A stretch of DNA of 64,000 nucleotides from assembly GCA_963815215.1 (NCBI GenBank), contig CAWFFU010000003.1:640001-704000 (forward strand), in the 5' to 3' direction. A program made the position numbers and the translations under genes. Positions 1 to 9,878 of the stretch are shown piece by piece. The notes under the pieces are model-generated. The model made no database searches. It saw only the letters and a program-made list of their open reading frames with translations, and was not told the origin of the DNA. Numbering within the stretch: the stretch's first letter is position 1; each line of letters opens with the position of its first letter. Source of the DNA: an uncultured Trueperaceae bacterium. Lineage in GTDB: Bacteria; Deinococcota; Deinococci; Deinococcales; Trueperaceae.

Positions 1-1
1 G

Positions 2-1402
2 GTCTGGCAGGAGCACGCCGTACGACGCTTGCGCAACGGTCAGACGCAGCTCTTCATCGACACCCACCTCATCCACGAGGTCACCAGCCCGCAGGCGTTC
101 GGCATGCTGCGCGACCGCGGGCTCGAGGTACTGATGCCGGAGCGCACCTACGCCACGGTCGATCACATCGTGCCGACCCATACGCGGCTCGAGCCCTTCG
201 CCGACCCCCTGGCCGACGAGATGATCCGCGAACTGCGCAAGAACTGCGCCGAGAACCACATCCAGTTCTTCGACCTCGACAGCGGCCACCAGGGCATCGT
301 GCACATGGTCGGGCCCGAGCAAGGCATCACCCAACCGGGCACCACGGTGGCGTGCGGTGACAGCCACACCTCGACCCACGGCGCCTTCGGGGCCATCGCC
401 TTCGGCATCGGCACCAGCCAGGTGCGTGACGTGCTCGCCACCCAGACGCTGGCGATGAGCGAGCTGAAGGTGCGCCGCATCGAAGTGAACGGCCGGCTCC
501 ATCCCGGCGTCTATGCCAAGGACGTCATCCTCCACATCATCCGTACGCTCGGCGTCAAGGGAGGGCTGGGGTACGCCTACGAGTACGCCGGCGACGTCTT
601 CGACCGCATGAGCATGGAAGAGCGCATGACGGTGTGCAACATGTCGATCGAAGGGGGCGCCCGCTGCGGCTACGTCAACCCCGACGACACCACCTTCGCC
701 TACCTCGAGGGGCGTCGCTACGCCCCCAAGGGCGCGGCGTGGGCCGAGGCCGTCGAGCGCTGGCGCGGTCTCGCGTCCGACCCCGGTTGCGCCTACGACG
801 ACGTCGTGACCATCCGCGCCGAGGACATCCCCCCTACCGTCACCTGGGGCATCAACCCCGGCCAGGCGATCTCGATCGAGCAGCGCGTCCCGACCCCCGA
901 CGGAGCCCCGGAGGGCGAGCGCGAGTCGATCGCCGAGGCGCTGGCGCACATGAAGCTGACGCCGGGCGCGCCCATCGCCGGCACCAAGGTCGACGTCGCC
1001 TTCTTCGGCTCCTGCACCAACGGTCGCGTGTCCGACTTCGTCGAGGCCGCCCGCTTCCTGAAGGGACGACGCGTCCACGATGACGTGCACGCCATCGCGG
1101 TTCCCGGTTCGCAGCACGTGAAGGCCGAGTGCGAGCGGCTCGGCATCGACCGCGTGTTCCGCGACGCGGGCTTCGAGTGGCGCGACGCCGGCTGCTCGAT
1201 GTGCCTGGCCATGAACCCCGACAAGCTGGTGGGCGATCAGCTCTGCGCCAGCACCTCCAACCGCAACTTCAAGGGCCGGCAGGGCAGCCCCACCGGCCGC
1301 ACCATCCTGATGAGCCCGGTCATGGTGGCCGCCGCAGCGGTCACCGGCAGGGTCAGCGATGCGCGCGAGATCTTCGGCGTGGCGCGAGAGGCGGTGGCCT
1401 GA
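2..1402 (+). CDS. leuC: 3-isopropylmalate dehydratase large subunit (5' end lies before the window)
   Basis: Motifs [30 protein letters not shown] and [12 protein letters not shown] (4Fe-4S cysteines). The frame is open to the window edge (VWQEHAV...). Confidence 0.97.
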   Translation, partial: VWQEHAVRRLRNGQTQLFIDTHLIHEVTSPQAFGMLRDRGLEVLMPERTYATVDHIVPTHTRLEPFADPLADEMIRELRKNCAENHIQFFDLDSGHQGIVHMVGPEQGITQPGTTVACGDSHTSTHGAFGAIAFGIGTSQVRDVLATQTLAMSELKVRRIEVNGRLHPGVYAKDVILHIIRTLGVKGGLGYAYEYAGDVFDRMSMEERMTVCNMSIEGGARCGYVNPDDTTFAYLEGRRYAPKGAAWAEAVERWRGLASDPGCAYDDVVTIRAEDIPPTVTWGINPGQAISIEQRVPTPDGAPEGERESIAEALAHMKLTPGAPIAGTKVDVAFFGSCTNGRVSDFVEAARFLKGRRVHDDVHAIAVPGSQHVKAECERLGIDRVFRDAGFEWRDAGCSMCLAMNPDKLVGDQLCASTSNRNFKGRQGSPTGRTILMSPVMVAAAAVTGRVSDAREIFGVAREAVA

Positions 1403-1403
1403 C

Positions 1404-2012
1404 ATGGCGATGGAAGCCATCCGTGAGATCCGAGGGCGGGCCGTTCCGCTGCCCGGCGACGACATCGACACCGACCGCATCATCCCGGCGCGCTACCTCA
1501 AGTGTGTGACGTTCGACGATCTCGCCGAGGGACTGTTCCGCGACGAGCGTTTCGACGAGTCCGGCGCCGCCAAGGGGCACGCGCTCGATGACCCGCGCTA
1601 CGCGGGCGCGCGCGTGCTGATCTCGGGCAGCAACTTCGGTTGCGGCTCGAGCCGTGAACACGCCCCGCAGTCGATCGCCCGCGCCGGCTTCGAGGCCGTC
1701 ATCGCGGAGAGCTTCGCCGAGATCTTCTTCGGGAACGCCACCACCCTGGGGCTGGTGTGCGTGGCCGTCTCCCCCGAGGCGCGCCGCGCCTTGATCGAGG
1801 CGGTGCGCGCCGACCCGCAGCTCGAGCTCGTCATCGACGTCGCCGCCGGCCAGGTGCGCGCCGGCGACCGGACCTTCGAGGCGAGCCTGCCGTCGTCGGC
1901 CCGGGAAGCGCTGCTCGATGGCTTCTGGGACCCCCTGGGCGAGCTCCTCGAGGGCGTGAGCGCGGTACGCGAGGTAGCCGAGCGCCTGGGCCACGTCGCC
2001 GCCGGCGCCTGA
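1404..2012 (+). CDS. leuD: 3-isopropylmalate dehydratase small subunit
   Basis: Motifs [14 protein letters not shown] and [13 protein letters not shown]. The ATG is 1 nt after the leuC stop. Confidence 0.96.
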   Translation: MAMEAIREIRGRAVPLPGDDIDTDRIIPARYLKCVTFDDLAEGLFRDERFDESGAAKGHALDDPRYAGARVLISGSNFGCGSSREHAPQSIARAGFEAVIAESFAEIFFGNATTLGLVCVAVSPEARRALIEAVRADPQLELVIDVAAGQVRAGDRTFEASLPSSAREALLDGFWDPLGELLEGVSAVREVAERLGHVAAGA

Positions 2013-2017
2013 GCCCG

Positions 2018-2803
2018 GTGCGCGCGTCCGCTCAACAACCGGAGGGCCGCTGGTCCGAGCGGGGGGCGGCCTACGCCGTCAGCCGCGAGCACGTCGCCGG
2101 CCCATCGCTGCCCAAACTCCTTGCGCTGGCCGACCCCCGCCCCGGCGATCGCTGTCTTGACGTGGGCACCGGCGCCGGCCACACCGCCGCGTGCCTGGCC
2201 CGCACGGGCGCCGACGTGGTGGCGCTCGACCCCGCTGCCGGCATGCTCGGCGCGGCGCGCCGGCGCTACGGCGCACTCCCCGGGCTGCGCTTCGTCGAAG
2301 CCCCCGGCGACGCCACCGGCCTGCAGGACGACGCCTTCGACCTGGTGACCGCACGCCACACCCTGCACCATCACGCCGACCCGAACGCCACGCTGCGCGA
2401 GATCGCTCGCGTGCTGAAGCCCGGCGGACGCTTCGTGCTGGTCGATGAGATCACTCCCGACCCGCGCGTGGACGCCTGGCTGGACGCGGTCTCACGTGCG
2501 CGCGACGCCACCCACGTGCGCGCCTACACCCTGGACGAGTGGCACGCCATGCTCGCCACGGCGGGCCTGCTCTGGGTGGTGGGCGACACCGACACCCGTT
2601 ATCGCATGGAGGTCGACGCCTGGATCGGCCGCATGGACCTGCCGGAGACCGAGCAGGCCGAGGTCCGCAGGCTCTTCCGGGAGGCAGGGCCGCTCGAGCG
2701 AAGGTTGTTCACGATCGAGTACGAGGCCGGGGAGGCGGTGCGCTTCGCGCTGCCCATGGCGGTGGTCCTGACCACCCGCCCCGCGGAGGGAGAGACGTCA
2801 TGA
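2018..2803 (+). CDS. Class I SAM-dependent methyltransferase (UbiE/COQ5-like fold)
   Basis: Motif I LDVGTGAG, plus [12 protein letters not shown] and RVLKPGG. The GTG start just after leuD is inferred. The stop overlaps the leuB ATG (ATGA). Confidence 0.88.
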   Translation: MRASAQQPEGRWSERGAAYAVSREHVAGPSLPKLLALADPRPGDRCLDVGTGAGHTAACLARTGADVVALDPAAGMLGAARRRYGALPGLRFVEAPGDATGLQDDAFDLVTARHTLHHHADPNATLREIARVLKPGGRFVLVDEITPDPRVDAWLDAVSRARDATHVRAYTLDEWHAMLATAGLLWVVGDTDTRYRMEVDAWIGRMDLPETEQAEVRRLFREAGPLERRLFTIEYEAGEAVRFALPMAVVLTTRPAEGETS

Positions 2804-3879
2804 GCTATCACATCGCGGTCCTACCGGGCGACTTCATCGGCCCGGAGGTCATCGACGCCACCGTACGCACGCTGGAGGCGATGCAGGCCACTCACGGCCT
2901 GGCCTTCGAGTTCGAGCGCCTGCCCTTCGGCGGCGGCGCCGTCGACAGCCATGGCGAGCCGCTGCCGCAGGTCACGCGCAACGCCGTGAGTCGGGCCGAC
3001 GCGGTGCTGATGGGCTCGGCCGGCGGCCCCGTGGGCGATCACCCGTGGAACCGGCTGCCACGCGAGAAGCGCGTCGAGTCCGGCATCCTGGCGCTGCGGC
3101 GCCATCTGGGCGTGTACGCCAACCTGCGGCCCGTGAAGGTCTTCGCCGGGCTCGAGCGCCTCTCCCCGCTCAAGGAGACGGTGGCCCGCGGCACCGACCT
3201 GCTGATCCTGCGCGAGCTCACCGGCGGCATCTACTTCGGCAAGCCCTCCTACGCCCGCGAGGAGCAGGGTCTGTCCACCATGGTCTACGACCGCTTCGAG
3301 GTGGAGCGCATCGCCCGCGTCGCCTTCGAGACCGCCCGCAAGCGTCGCAACAAGGTCACCAACGTCGACAAGTCCAACGTCCTTGACGTCTCGCAGTTCT
3401 GGCGCGACGTGGTGGTGGGCGTGCACCGGGCCGAGTTCCCCGACGTCGAGCTCGACCACCTGTACGTCGACAACGCCGCCATGCAGCTGGTGCGCGCCCC
3501 GACCGACTTCGACGTGATCGTCACCGGCAACCTCTTCGGAGACATCCTGTCCGACCTCGCCGCGGTCATCCCCGGCTCCCTGGGAGTGCTTCCGTCGGCC
3601 AGCCTGGGCGGCGACGTAGGGCTGTACGAGCCGGTCCACGGCAGCGCCCCGGACATCGCCGGCAAGGGCATCGCCAATCCGGTCGGGACCCTGCTGTCCG
3701 CCGCCATGATGCTGCGCCACGGCCTGGACCGGGCCGACGCCGCGGACGCGCTGGAGGCGGCGGTCCAGGCGGCGCTGGCCGACGACGCCACTGTCGATCT
3801 TGGCGGCAGCCGCGGCACCGAGGCGTTCACCGACGGCGTGATCAACGCGCTGCAGGCGGCCGCCACAGCGGTCGCCTGA
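2800..3879 (+). CDS. leuB: 3-isopropylmalate dehydrogenase
   Basis: Motifs IAVLPGDFIGPEV, YANLRP, RELTGGIYFG, VDKSNVL, NLFGDILSD and EPVHGSAPDIAG. GGAGGGAG RBS upstream. Confidence 0.96.
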   Translation: MSYHIAVLPGDFIGPEVIDATVRTLEAMQATHGLAFEFERLPFGGGAVDSHGEPLPQVTRNAVSRADAVLMGSAGGPVGDHPWNRLPREKRVESGILALRRHLGVYANLRPVKVFAGLERLSPLKETVARGTDLLILRELTGGIYFGKPSYAREEQGLSTMVYDRFEVERIARVAFETARKRRNKVTNVDKSNVLDVSQFWRDVVVGVHRAEFPDVELDHLYVDNAAMQLVRAPTDFDVIVTGNLFGDILSDLAAVIPGSLGVLPSASLGGDVGLYEPVHGSAPDIAGKGIANPVGTLLSAAMMLRHGLDRADAADALEAAVQAALADDATVDLGGSRGTEAFTDGVINALQAAATAVA

Positions 3880-3964
3880 GCGGCGCGCGGGGCGCCGCGG
3901 CGGTGTCCTCGCCGCATGGGCCGTGGGTGAGGGCCACGCGCCCACGGCCCGTACAATGACCGCG

Positions 3965-5164
3965 ATGTCCGCTGACCCGAGCCCCACCCCAAGCGCAGCC
4001 CCGCTGCGCCCCTCGAGCCGCATCGCCGGCTTCTCCGAGACGGTGTTCGCGACCTACTCGCGGCTCTCCCGGCAGCACGGCGCCATCGACCTGGGCCAGG
4101 GCTTCCCCGGCTTCGATCCGCCCGCCTTCGTGCTCGAGGCGCTGGCGGCCAGCGCGGCCGGCGGGCAGCAGTACGCCCCGCTCGGCGGCCTGCCCGAGCT
4201 GACCGAGGAGATCGCGCTCGACCTCGGCGCCCGCCTGGGCTTCCCGCTCGACCCGGCCGCCAACGTGCTGGTGACGGTGGGCGCCACCGAGGGGCTGTTC
4301 GCCGCGATCCAGGCGTTCGTCTCCCCCGGCGACGAGGTGCTGCTGATCGAGCCGTTCTACGACGCCTACCCCGCCGACGTGGTGATGGCCGGGGGCGTGC
4401 CTCGTTACCTGCCGCTCGACCTCGACCACGGCCGCTGGAGCCTGGACCCGGAGAAGCTCCACCGCGCGGTCGGGCGGGGCACCAGGGCGATCATCGTCAA
4501 CACGCCGCACAACCCCACCGGCAAGGTGTTCACGCCGGCCGAGCTCGACGCCCTGGTGGCCGAGGCGACGCGCGTGGGCGCGGTGCTCATCAGCGACGAG
4601 GTGTACCAGCGCATCGCCTTCACCGAGCACGTCCCGCTCGCCAGCCGACCCGGCGCCTGGGAGCGCACCCTGACGGTGGCCAGCCTGGGCAAGACCTTCT
4701 CGGTGACCGGCTGGAAGGTCGGGTGGGTGAGCGGCCCGCAGGCGCTGGTCCGGGCCGTCACGATGGCGCACCAGTGGATCCCCTTCGACGTCGCCACGCC
4801 GCTACAGCGCGCGGGCGCGAGCATGCTGCGCCACGCGCGCCAGAGCGACTACTACGACGAGCTGCGCGCCGACTTCCGGCGCCGCCGCGACGTGCTGCTC
4901 GAGGCGCTGGCCCCCACCCCGCTCGCGGCGATGGTGCCCGACGCCGGCTACTTCGTGGTGGCCGACAGCAGTGCCCTGGACTACCCCGACGACGTGGCGC
5001 TGTGCCGGGACCTGCCGGCCCGCGCCGGCGTCGGCGCCATCCCGCCGAGCGCCTTCTACGCCGACGAGCACAAGCACCTCGCCCGCCATCTGGTGCGCCT
5101 GGCGTTCTGCAAGGACGAAGACGCTCTGCGTGAAGCCTGCCGGCGCCTCGCCGCGCTGGCCTGA
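3965..5164 (+). CDS. PLP-dependent class I/II aminotransferase (methionine/kynurenine-glutamine type)
   Basis: Motifs LGQGFP, NTPHNPTG, SDEVY, SLGKTFSVTGWKVGW and RLAFCK. TACAAT lies 7 nt before ATG 3965. Confidence 0.92.
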   Translation: MSADPSPTPSAAPLRPSSRIAGFSETVFATYSRLSRQHGAIDLGQGFPGFDPPAFVLEALAASAAGGQQYAPLGGLPELTEEIALDLGARLGFPLDPAANVLVTVGATEGLFAAIQAFVSPGDEVLLIEPFYDAYPADVVMAGGVPRYLPLDLDHGRWSLDPEKLHRAVGRGTRAIIVNTPHNPTGKVFTPAELDALVAEATRVGAVLISDEVYQRIAFTEHVPLASRPGAWERTLTVASLGKTFSVTGWKVGWVSGPQALVRAVTMAHQWIPFDVATPLQRAGASMLRHARQSDYYDELRADFRRRRDVLLEALAPTPLAAMVPDAGYFVVADSSALDYPDDVALCRDLPARAGVGAIPPSAFYADEHKHLARHLVRLAFCKDEDALREACRRLAALA

Positions 5165-5202
5165 GGGCGCATGCCGGCGACGCGGCGGAGCCCGGAGCTG
5201 CC

Positions 5203-5931
5203 ATGACCGAGAGCACGTTGGTGATCTTCGTCGGCCTCACCGGGGTCGGCAAGAGCACCGCCCTGGCGGCGCTGCGGGCCGCCGTGCCCGACGCGCTCCT
5301 GCTCCCCAACCGGCGCGCTCTGGCCGACACCCTGGTGATCCCCGAGGCGCAACGCCTCGAGGGCGAAGCGCCGCGGCCGGTGCGGGACCGGCTCGAACGC
5401 TTCCGCCTCACCGCCCGCTACCGCCGCGAGCACCCCGGCGGCATGGCGCACGCCCTGGAACGCTTCCTGGCCGGACAGCAGCACGACGCGCCCGCGGCGC
5501 CGCTGCTGCTGTTCGACAACCTGCGCGGCGACGACGAGGTCGGTTACGCGGTCCAGGCCTTCCCCGGCGCGCGCTTCGTGGCGCTGGAGGCGCCGCCGGC
5601 GGTGCGGGTGTTACGCCTGGCGGGCCGCGGTGACGCCTTCGATCGCGTCGAGGCCGGCGCCGCAGCGAACGGCGCCCTGCTGGCGCGGCTGCAGGGCATC
5701 GAGGGGCTGGCGCACCTGACCGACCTGCCGAGTCTGGCGGCCGCTGCCGCCGGCCTCGATCCGGACGCGGTCGAGACCGGCGCCCGCGTGATCGTCGAGG
5801 AGAGCCTGCACTACGATCCGGAGGCCGCCTGGCGCCGCCTCGAGCCGCTGCCCGAACGGCGCCGGTTGCGGCTCGACACCGGACGGCTCGACCCGGGGCG
5901 GGTCGCCTCCCGACTGCGGGACTGGCTGTAG
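5203..5931 (+). CDS. P-loop NTPase with NMP/dephospho-CoA kinase-like fold, substrate unknown
   Basis: N-terminal Walker A GLTGVGKST, DNLRGDDE motif and a lid-like LEAPPAVRVLRLAGR segment. GGAG RBS. Confidence 0.75.
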   Translation: MTESTLVIFVGLTGVGKSTALAALRAAVPDALLLPNRRALADTLVIPEAQRLEGEAPRPVRDRLERFRLTARYRREHPGGMAHALERFLAGQQHDAPAAPLLLFDNLRGDDEVGYAVQAFPGARFVALEAPPAVRVLRLAGRGDAFDRVEAGAAANGALLARLQGIEGLAHLTDLPSLAAAAAGLDPDAVETGARVIVEESLHYDPEAAWRRLEPLPERRRLRLDTGRLDPGRVASRLRDWL

Positions 5932-5941
5932 GCTGGTCGGC

Positions 5942-7027
5942 ATGGCCCGGATCGCGCGCATCGGCTTCGCCCCGCTGTCCCTCCCCATGGCCGGCGCCCT
6001 GCGCTGGGGCGCGGGCAGCGAGCTGCGTGCGCTCGAACACCTGCTCGTCGGTATCGAACTCGAGGGCGGCGCCCTGGGCGTGGCGGAGGCGCCGGTGCGC
6101 CCCACCATCTACGGCGAGACGCGCGAGGGCATGGAGGCCGCCCTTCGAGGCCAGCTGGCTCCCCGGCTGGCGGGCATCGAGGCCGACGACGACGACAGCG
6201 TCCAACGGATCTTCGCGACGCTCCCCTTCAACCACGCCCTCAAGGGCGCGCTCGATCTCGCGCTGGCCGAAGCCCATGCGGCTTCGCTGGGCGCCAGCCT
6301 GGCGCAGCGCTCCGCCGGCCCGCAGCGCCGCCCGCGCGTCAGCTTCATCCTGGGCATCGCCGGGCTCGACGCCATGCTGGCGGAAGCGCGCGCGGTAGTC
6401 GCGGCGGGCGTGCGGGTACTGAAGGTGAAGGTGGGGCGCGACGCCAAGCACGACGAGCGCGTGCTCCGCGCCCTGCGCGACGCTCTGGGCGACGGGGTGC
6501 AGCTCTACGCCGACGCCAACGAGACCCTCACCGAAGCCGAGGCTCCGCGGGCGCTGGAACGGCTCGCCGGCCTGGGCGTCAGCTACGTGGAGGAACCGCT
6601 CCCAGTCCACCGGTTGGCGGCGCGGCGGCGCCTGCGCGCAGAGGCCATCCTGCCTCTGATCGCCGACGACAGCGCCTTCACGCCCGCCGCGCTCGAACGC
6701 GAGCTGGAGGCCGACACCTTCGACATCCTCAACATCAAGCCGGCGCGCAGCGGCTGGCACGACACGCGACGCATGCTGGCGATGGCGAGGGCCGCGGGCA
6801 AGGGCGTGATGATCGGCTCCCAGGCCTCGAGCGGGCTCGGCACGCTGCACAGCGCCGTGGCGGCCAGCCTCGAGGGCGTGACGCACCCGAGCGAGCTCAG
6901 CTTCCCGCTCAAGCTCGAGCGCGACAGCCTCGACCGGGCGCTCCCGCTCGCCGACGGCATCCTCGATCTCGACGCGCTCGTTGGCGCCCGCTTGCGGCCG
7001 GAGTTGTGGACGCCCACCTGGCTATAG
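5942..7027 (+). CDS. Enolase superfamily enzyme, muconate-lactonizing-enzyme subgroup
   Basis: KVK motif, metal ligands in DANE/EEP/ADDS, second Lys in NIKP, and SELS at the last barrel strand. Confidence 0.88.
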   Translation: MARIARIGFAPLSLPMAGALRWGAGSELRALEHLLVGIELEGGALGVAEAPVRPTIYGETREGMEAALRGQLAPRLAGIEADDDDSVQRIFATLPFNHALKGALDLALAEAHAASLGASLAQRSAGPQRRPRVSFILGIAGLDAMLAEARAVVAAGVRVLKVKVGRDAKHDERVLRALRDALGDGVQLYADANETLTEAEAPRALERLAGLGVSYVEEPLPVHRLAARRRLRAEAILPLIADDSAFTPAALERELEADTFDILNIKPARSGWHDTRRMLAMARAAGKGVMIGSQASSGLGTLHSAVAASLEGVTHPSELSFPLKLERDSLDRALPLADGILDLDALVGARLRPELWTPTWL

Positions 7028-7148
7028 CCCGGCCGCGTCACCGCGGTACGATGACGGGCGTCGCCCCGGGCGGGGGGAAGCGTCCCGCCACCGGTCCACC
7101 GCGTCATCGCGGGGACCGCGGCGCCACGCGGGGGCCCGGAGGTCGAAG

Positions 7149-7604
7149 ATGGAGAAGTCCGTGGTCGCCGCAATTCTCGTCAGTCTGCTCGCAGGGATCG
7201 CCATCGGTGCGCAGGGCAGCGTCCTGCGTACCGCCGAGAGGGCGGTCGGCGCCGTGCGCGCCGGTCTGCTGGTCAACATCGCCGGCGGCACCCTGTCGGC
7301 GGCGGTCCTGCTGCTCGTCTCGGTCCTTGGCGGCGGCCTGCTGTGGGGCGCCCTGCTGCGCAGCTCGCCCTACTGGGGCGCCGCCGGCGCCTTGGGCATC
7401 GGCATCCTCACCGCCATAGCCTTCGCCCTGCCGCGCCTGGGCATGGCCGCCGGTCTCGGTGGGATCATCGTCGGCCAGATGGCGGCCGCCGTGGTGATCG
7501 ACGCCGCGGGATGGGGCGGCGCCCGCATCCCGGTGACGCCGGCCCGAGCGCTGGGCCTGGCGTTGATGGCGATCGCCATCGTCTTGCTGCTGCCTCGTCG
7601 CTGA
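7149..7604 (+). CDS. Small DMT-family (YdcZ/DUF606-like) membrane transporter
   Basis: About 150 aa and hydrophobic, with motifs AGIAIGAQ, PRLG and GQMAAAVVIDAAGWGG. GGAGG RBS. Confidence 0.82.
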   Translation: MEKSVVAAILVSLLAGIAIGAQGSVLRTAERAVGAVRAGLLVNIAGGTLSAAVLLLVSVLGGGLLWGALLRSSPYWGAAGALGIGILTAIAFALPRLGMAAGLGGIIVGQMAAAVVIDAAGWGGARIPVTPARALGLALMAIAIVLLLPRR

Positions 7605-7616
7605 GCGGCCGCGCTC

Positions 7617-9074
7617 TCAGGGCAGCACCAGAAGGCTCCCGAACGCCAGCCCCAACGCCCCCAGCGTGATCACGCCCGGCCCTCCGAGCGCGCTCAGGAC
7701 CCACATCAGCGTGCCGCTCAGCAGACCCGACAGACCCCAGGCCGTCCACTCGCGGTGCGACACGTGCAGCCAGCTCGACGCCTTCTCCAGGATGACGGTC
7801 GCCAGCGCCACCAACGCGAACCCCAGTAGGCCGGCTTCCCCGGAGCCCGCGGGTCCGCCGGTCGCCGAGCGCACCACGGCGAACAGCGCGAACAGCGCTG
7901 CGGCCACGATCAGACCCGGCAGCACGCGCCCGCCGCCGCGCGAGAACGGATCGAGCGGCACCGGAGCGGGCTCGACCGACGGTCCCAGCAGCCACGAGGC
8001 CAGGAAGCCCGCGGCCAGCCCCAGCACCGCCAGCGGCAGGCCTCCCACGACGCCGGCCGAGAGCATGGCATAGACGTAGCCGAGCGCCGCCAGCAGCGCC
8101 ACCTTCATCAGCAGCGGCGCCCGCAGCAGGCTCAGCGCGCTGCGCCAGGCCACCGCGCCCAGCGGCCCGTACTCGGTGGACGGCGCCTTCAGCCTCAGCC
8201 GGGCGCTGCCCGAGCGCCGTCCCTTGCCCCGCCGTCGCGTGCGGGTGGTGACGCCGCGGCGTCGCAGCGCGCCCGCCGACTGCGTCATGACCGCCATCAG
8301 CACGGACGTGCGGAACTCGGCCACCACCATGGCGTCGAAGAGGTAGCCGGCGGGGTAGCCCGCCCCCTGGTAGGCGAACGCCGCGGCGGCCGCCAGCACC
8401 CCCAACGCCGACGCGACGCCCGCCGCCAGCACCGGCGCAGCGGCGCCCTGCCCGAACCCCAGCGCCCCGGAGGCGGCGCCCAGCGCCGCCAGCAACGAGG
8501 CGAGCAGCGCCAGCGGCAGGGCGATCGGCCGGCGTTCGTACACCAGCATCGCCAGCGCCGCCCGCAACAGCCACAGCCCGGCGCCGAGCGCCACCAGCGC
8601 CGGCACCGACACCGCGAACAGGATGGTGACCAGCAGCCACGTGGCGGTGCCGACGACGGCGCCGACGACCACCCGCGACACGAAGAACCCCAGCAGACGC
8701 GGCCGCAGCACGCGCCGGGCCGACCAGGGCGAGAGGCCCAGCAGCATGGCGTGGCTCCGGCCCAGCACCACCGGCGGCGAGCGCTGCAACGACACGCTCA
8801 CCAAGGCCAGCAGCGCCAGGGTGTCGAGCGCGACCGGCAGGATCGTCGCCGGCAACGGGTGCTCGATCGGCGCCGCCGACTGCACCCCGCCGACGACGAA
8901 CAGCGCGATCCAGAACAGCAGGTAGATGATGGTCGACCAGCCGAAGGTCTGGCCCACCCAGCGGTAACCGCGGCCCACGCGGCGTCGCAACATGCGGCGC
9001 TCCAGCGCGGCCACACTCGCCCCGGGGGTCACAGCCCCGGCCGCCGACGCGCTAGCCACGTCGCCGGCCCACAT
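7617..9074 (-). CDS. Multi-pass membrane protein, probable ABC exporter permease (EcsB-like)
   Basis: Many hydrophobic segments with a central basic loop. Overlaps the end of the upstream ABC ATPase. Confidence 0.7.
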   Translation of the reverse strand: MWAGDVASASAAGAVTPGASVAALERRMLRRRVGRGYRWVGQTFGWSTIIYLLFWIALFVVGGVQSAAPIEHPLPATILPVALDTLALLALVSVSLQRSPPVVLGRSHAMLLGLSPWSARRVLRPRLLGFFVSRVVVGAVVGTATWLLVTILFAVSVPALVALGAGLWLLRAALAMLVYERRPIALPLALLASLLAALGAASGALGFGQGAAAPVLAAGVASALGVLAAAAAFAYQGAGYPAGYLFDAMVVAEFRTSVLMAVMTQSAGALRRRGVTTRTRRRGKGRRSGSARLRLKAPSTEYGPLGAVAWRSALSLLRAPLLMKVALLAALGYVYAMLSAGVVGGLPLAVLGLAAGFLASWLLGPSVEPAPVPLDPFSRGGGRVLPGLIVAAALFALFAVVRSATGGPAGSGEAGLLGFALVALATVILEKASSWLHVSHREWTAWGLSGLLSGTLMWVLSALGGPGVITLGALGLAFGSLLVLP

Positions 9075-9741
9075 GGCCCCCGCGCACCTCGACGACCTCC
9101 GCCCCCAGGTCGCGCTCGAGCGCCTGGTCGTGCGCGCTGAGCAGGTTGATGCGCCCGTCCTGGGCGCGTTGGCGCAGCGCCTCGGCCAGGGTCTCGCGCG
9201 CGTCGACGTCTAGCGTGTTGAACGGTTCGTCGAGCAACAGCAGGTCCGGCTCCAGGCCCAGCGCCAGCGCCAGCGCCGCCTTGTGGCGCATGCCGCGCGA
9301 GTGGGTACCGGGGAACTCGTCGACGCGGTCGGCCAGCTCGAAGCGCTCGTACCACGTCAGCGTCCTCTCCTCGGCCTCGGGTCGTGCGTAGGCGCGGCTG
9401 AGGAAGGCCGCGTGCTCGCGCACCGTGAGGTCCTCGAAGAGCGTGGGAACGTCGGCGACGAAGGCGAAGGCGGCGCGTCCTTCCAGCGTCCGCGGCCGGG
9501 CGCCGGACAACAGGATCTCGCCCTTGAACGGGAGCAGGCCGGCGATCGCGCGCAACAGGGTGCTCTTGCCGGCTCCGTTGGGGCCGCGCAGCAGCACCGT
9601 CCGACCGGCGGGCAGGACCAGGTCGACGTCCGCCAGGACGGCTTCGCCGCCGAAGACGACCGTGACCTCCTGGAGCTCCACGCGCGGTTGCGGCGCGCCG
9701 TCGTCGGTCCTCTGCGGTGTGCGGGGGGTCGATTGACTCAT
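9052..9741 (-). CDS. ABC transporter ATP-binding protein (EcsA-like)
   Basis: Walker [10 protein letters not shown], variant signature SRGMRHK, Walker B LLLLDEP and H-loop SAHD. Confidence 0.92.
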   Translation of the reverse strand: MSQSTPRTPQRTDDGAPQPRVELQEVTVVFGGEAVLADVDLVLPAGRTVLLRGPNGAGKSTLLRAIAGLLPFKGEILLSGARPRTLEGRAAFAFVADVPTLFEDLTVREHAAFLSRAYARPEAEERTLTWYERFELADRVDEFPGTHSRGMRHKAALALALGLEPDLLLLDEPFNTLDVDARETLAEALRQRAQDGRINLLSAHDQALERDLGAEVVEVRGGHVGRRRG

Positions 9742-9878
9742 CGCGTACCACCTTACGCCGCCGCCCGGCCGACCGGGCGACCGGCGGGGCGCTGGCCACC
9801 GGGGACCGCCGAGCGAGGTCCGTGGCGTTCCGGCCGGCGCCGGCTTGGGTACAATGCGCCCATTCGAAAGGAACCATC

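Noticed and set aside
5203..5931. P-loop protein as part of an anti-phage defence system
   Set aside because: It is short with a kinase-like topology, has no nuclease, TIR, SIR2 or helicase partner, and sits among metabolic genes with host-like composition.
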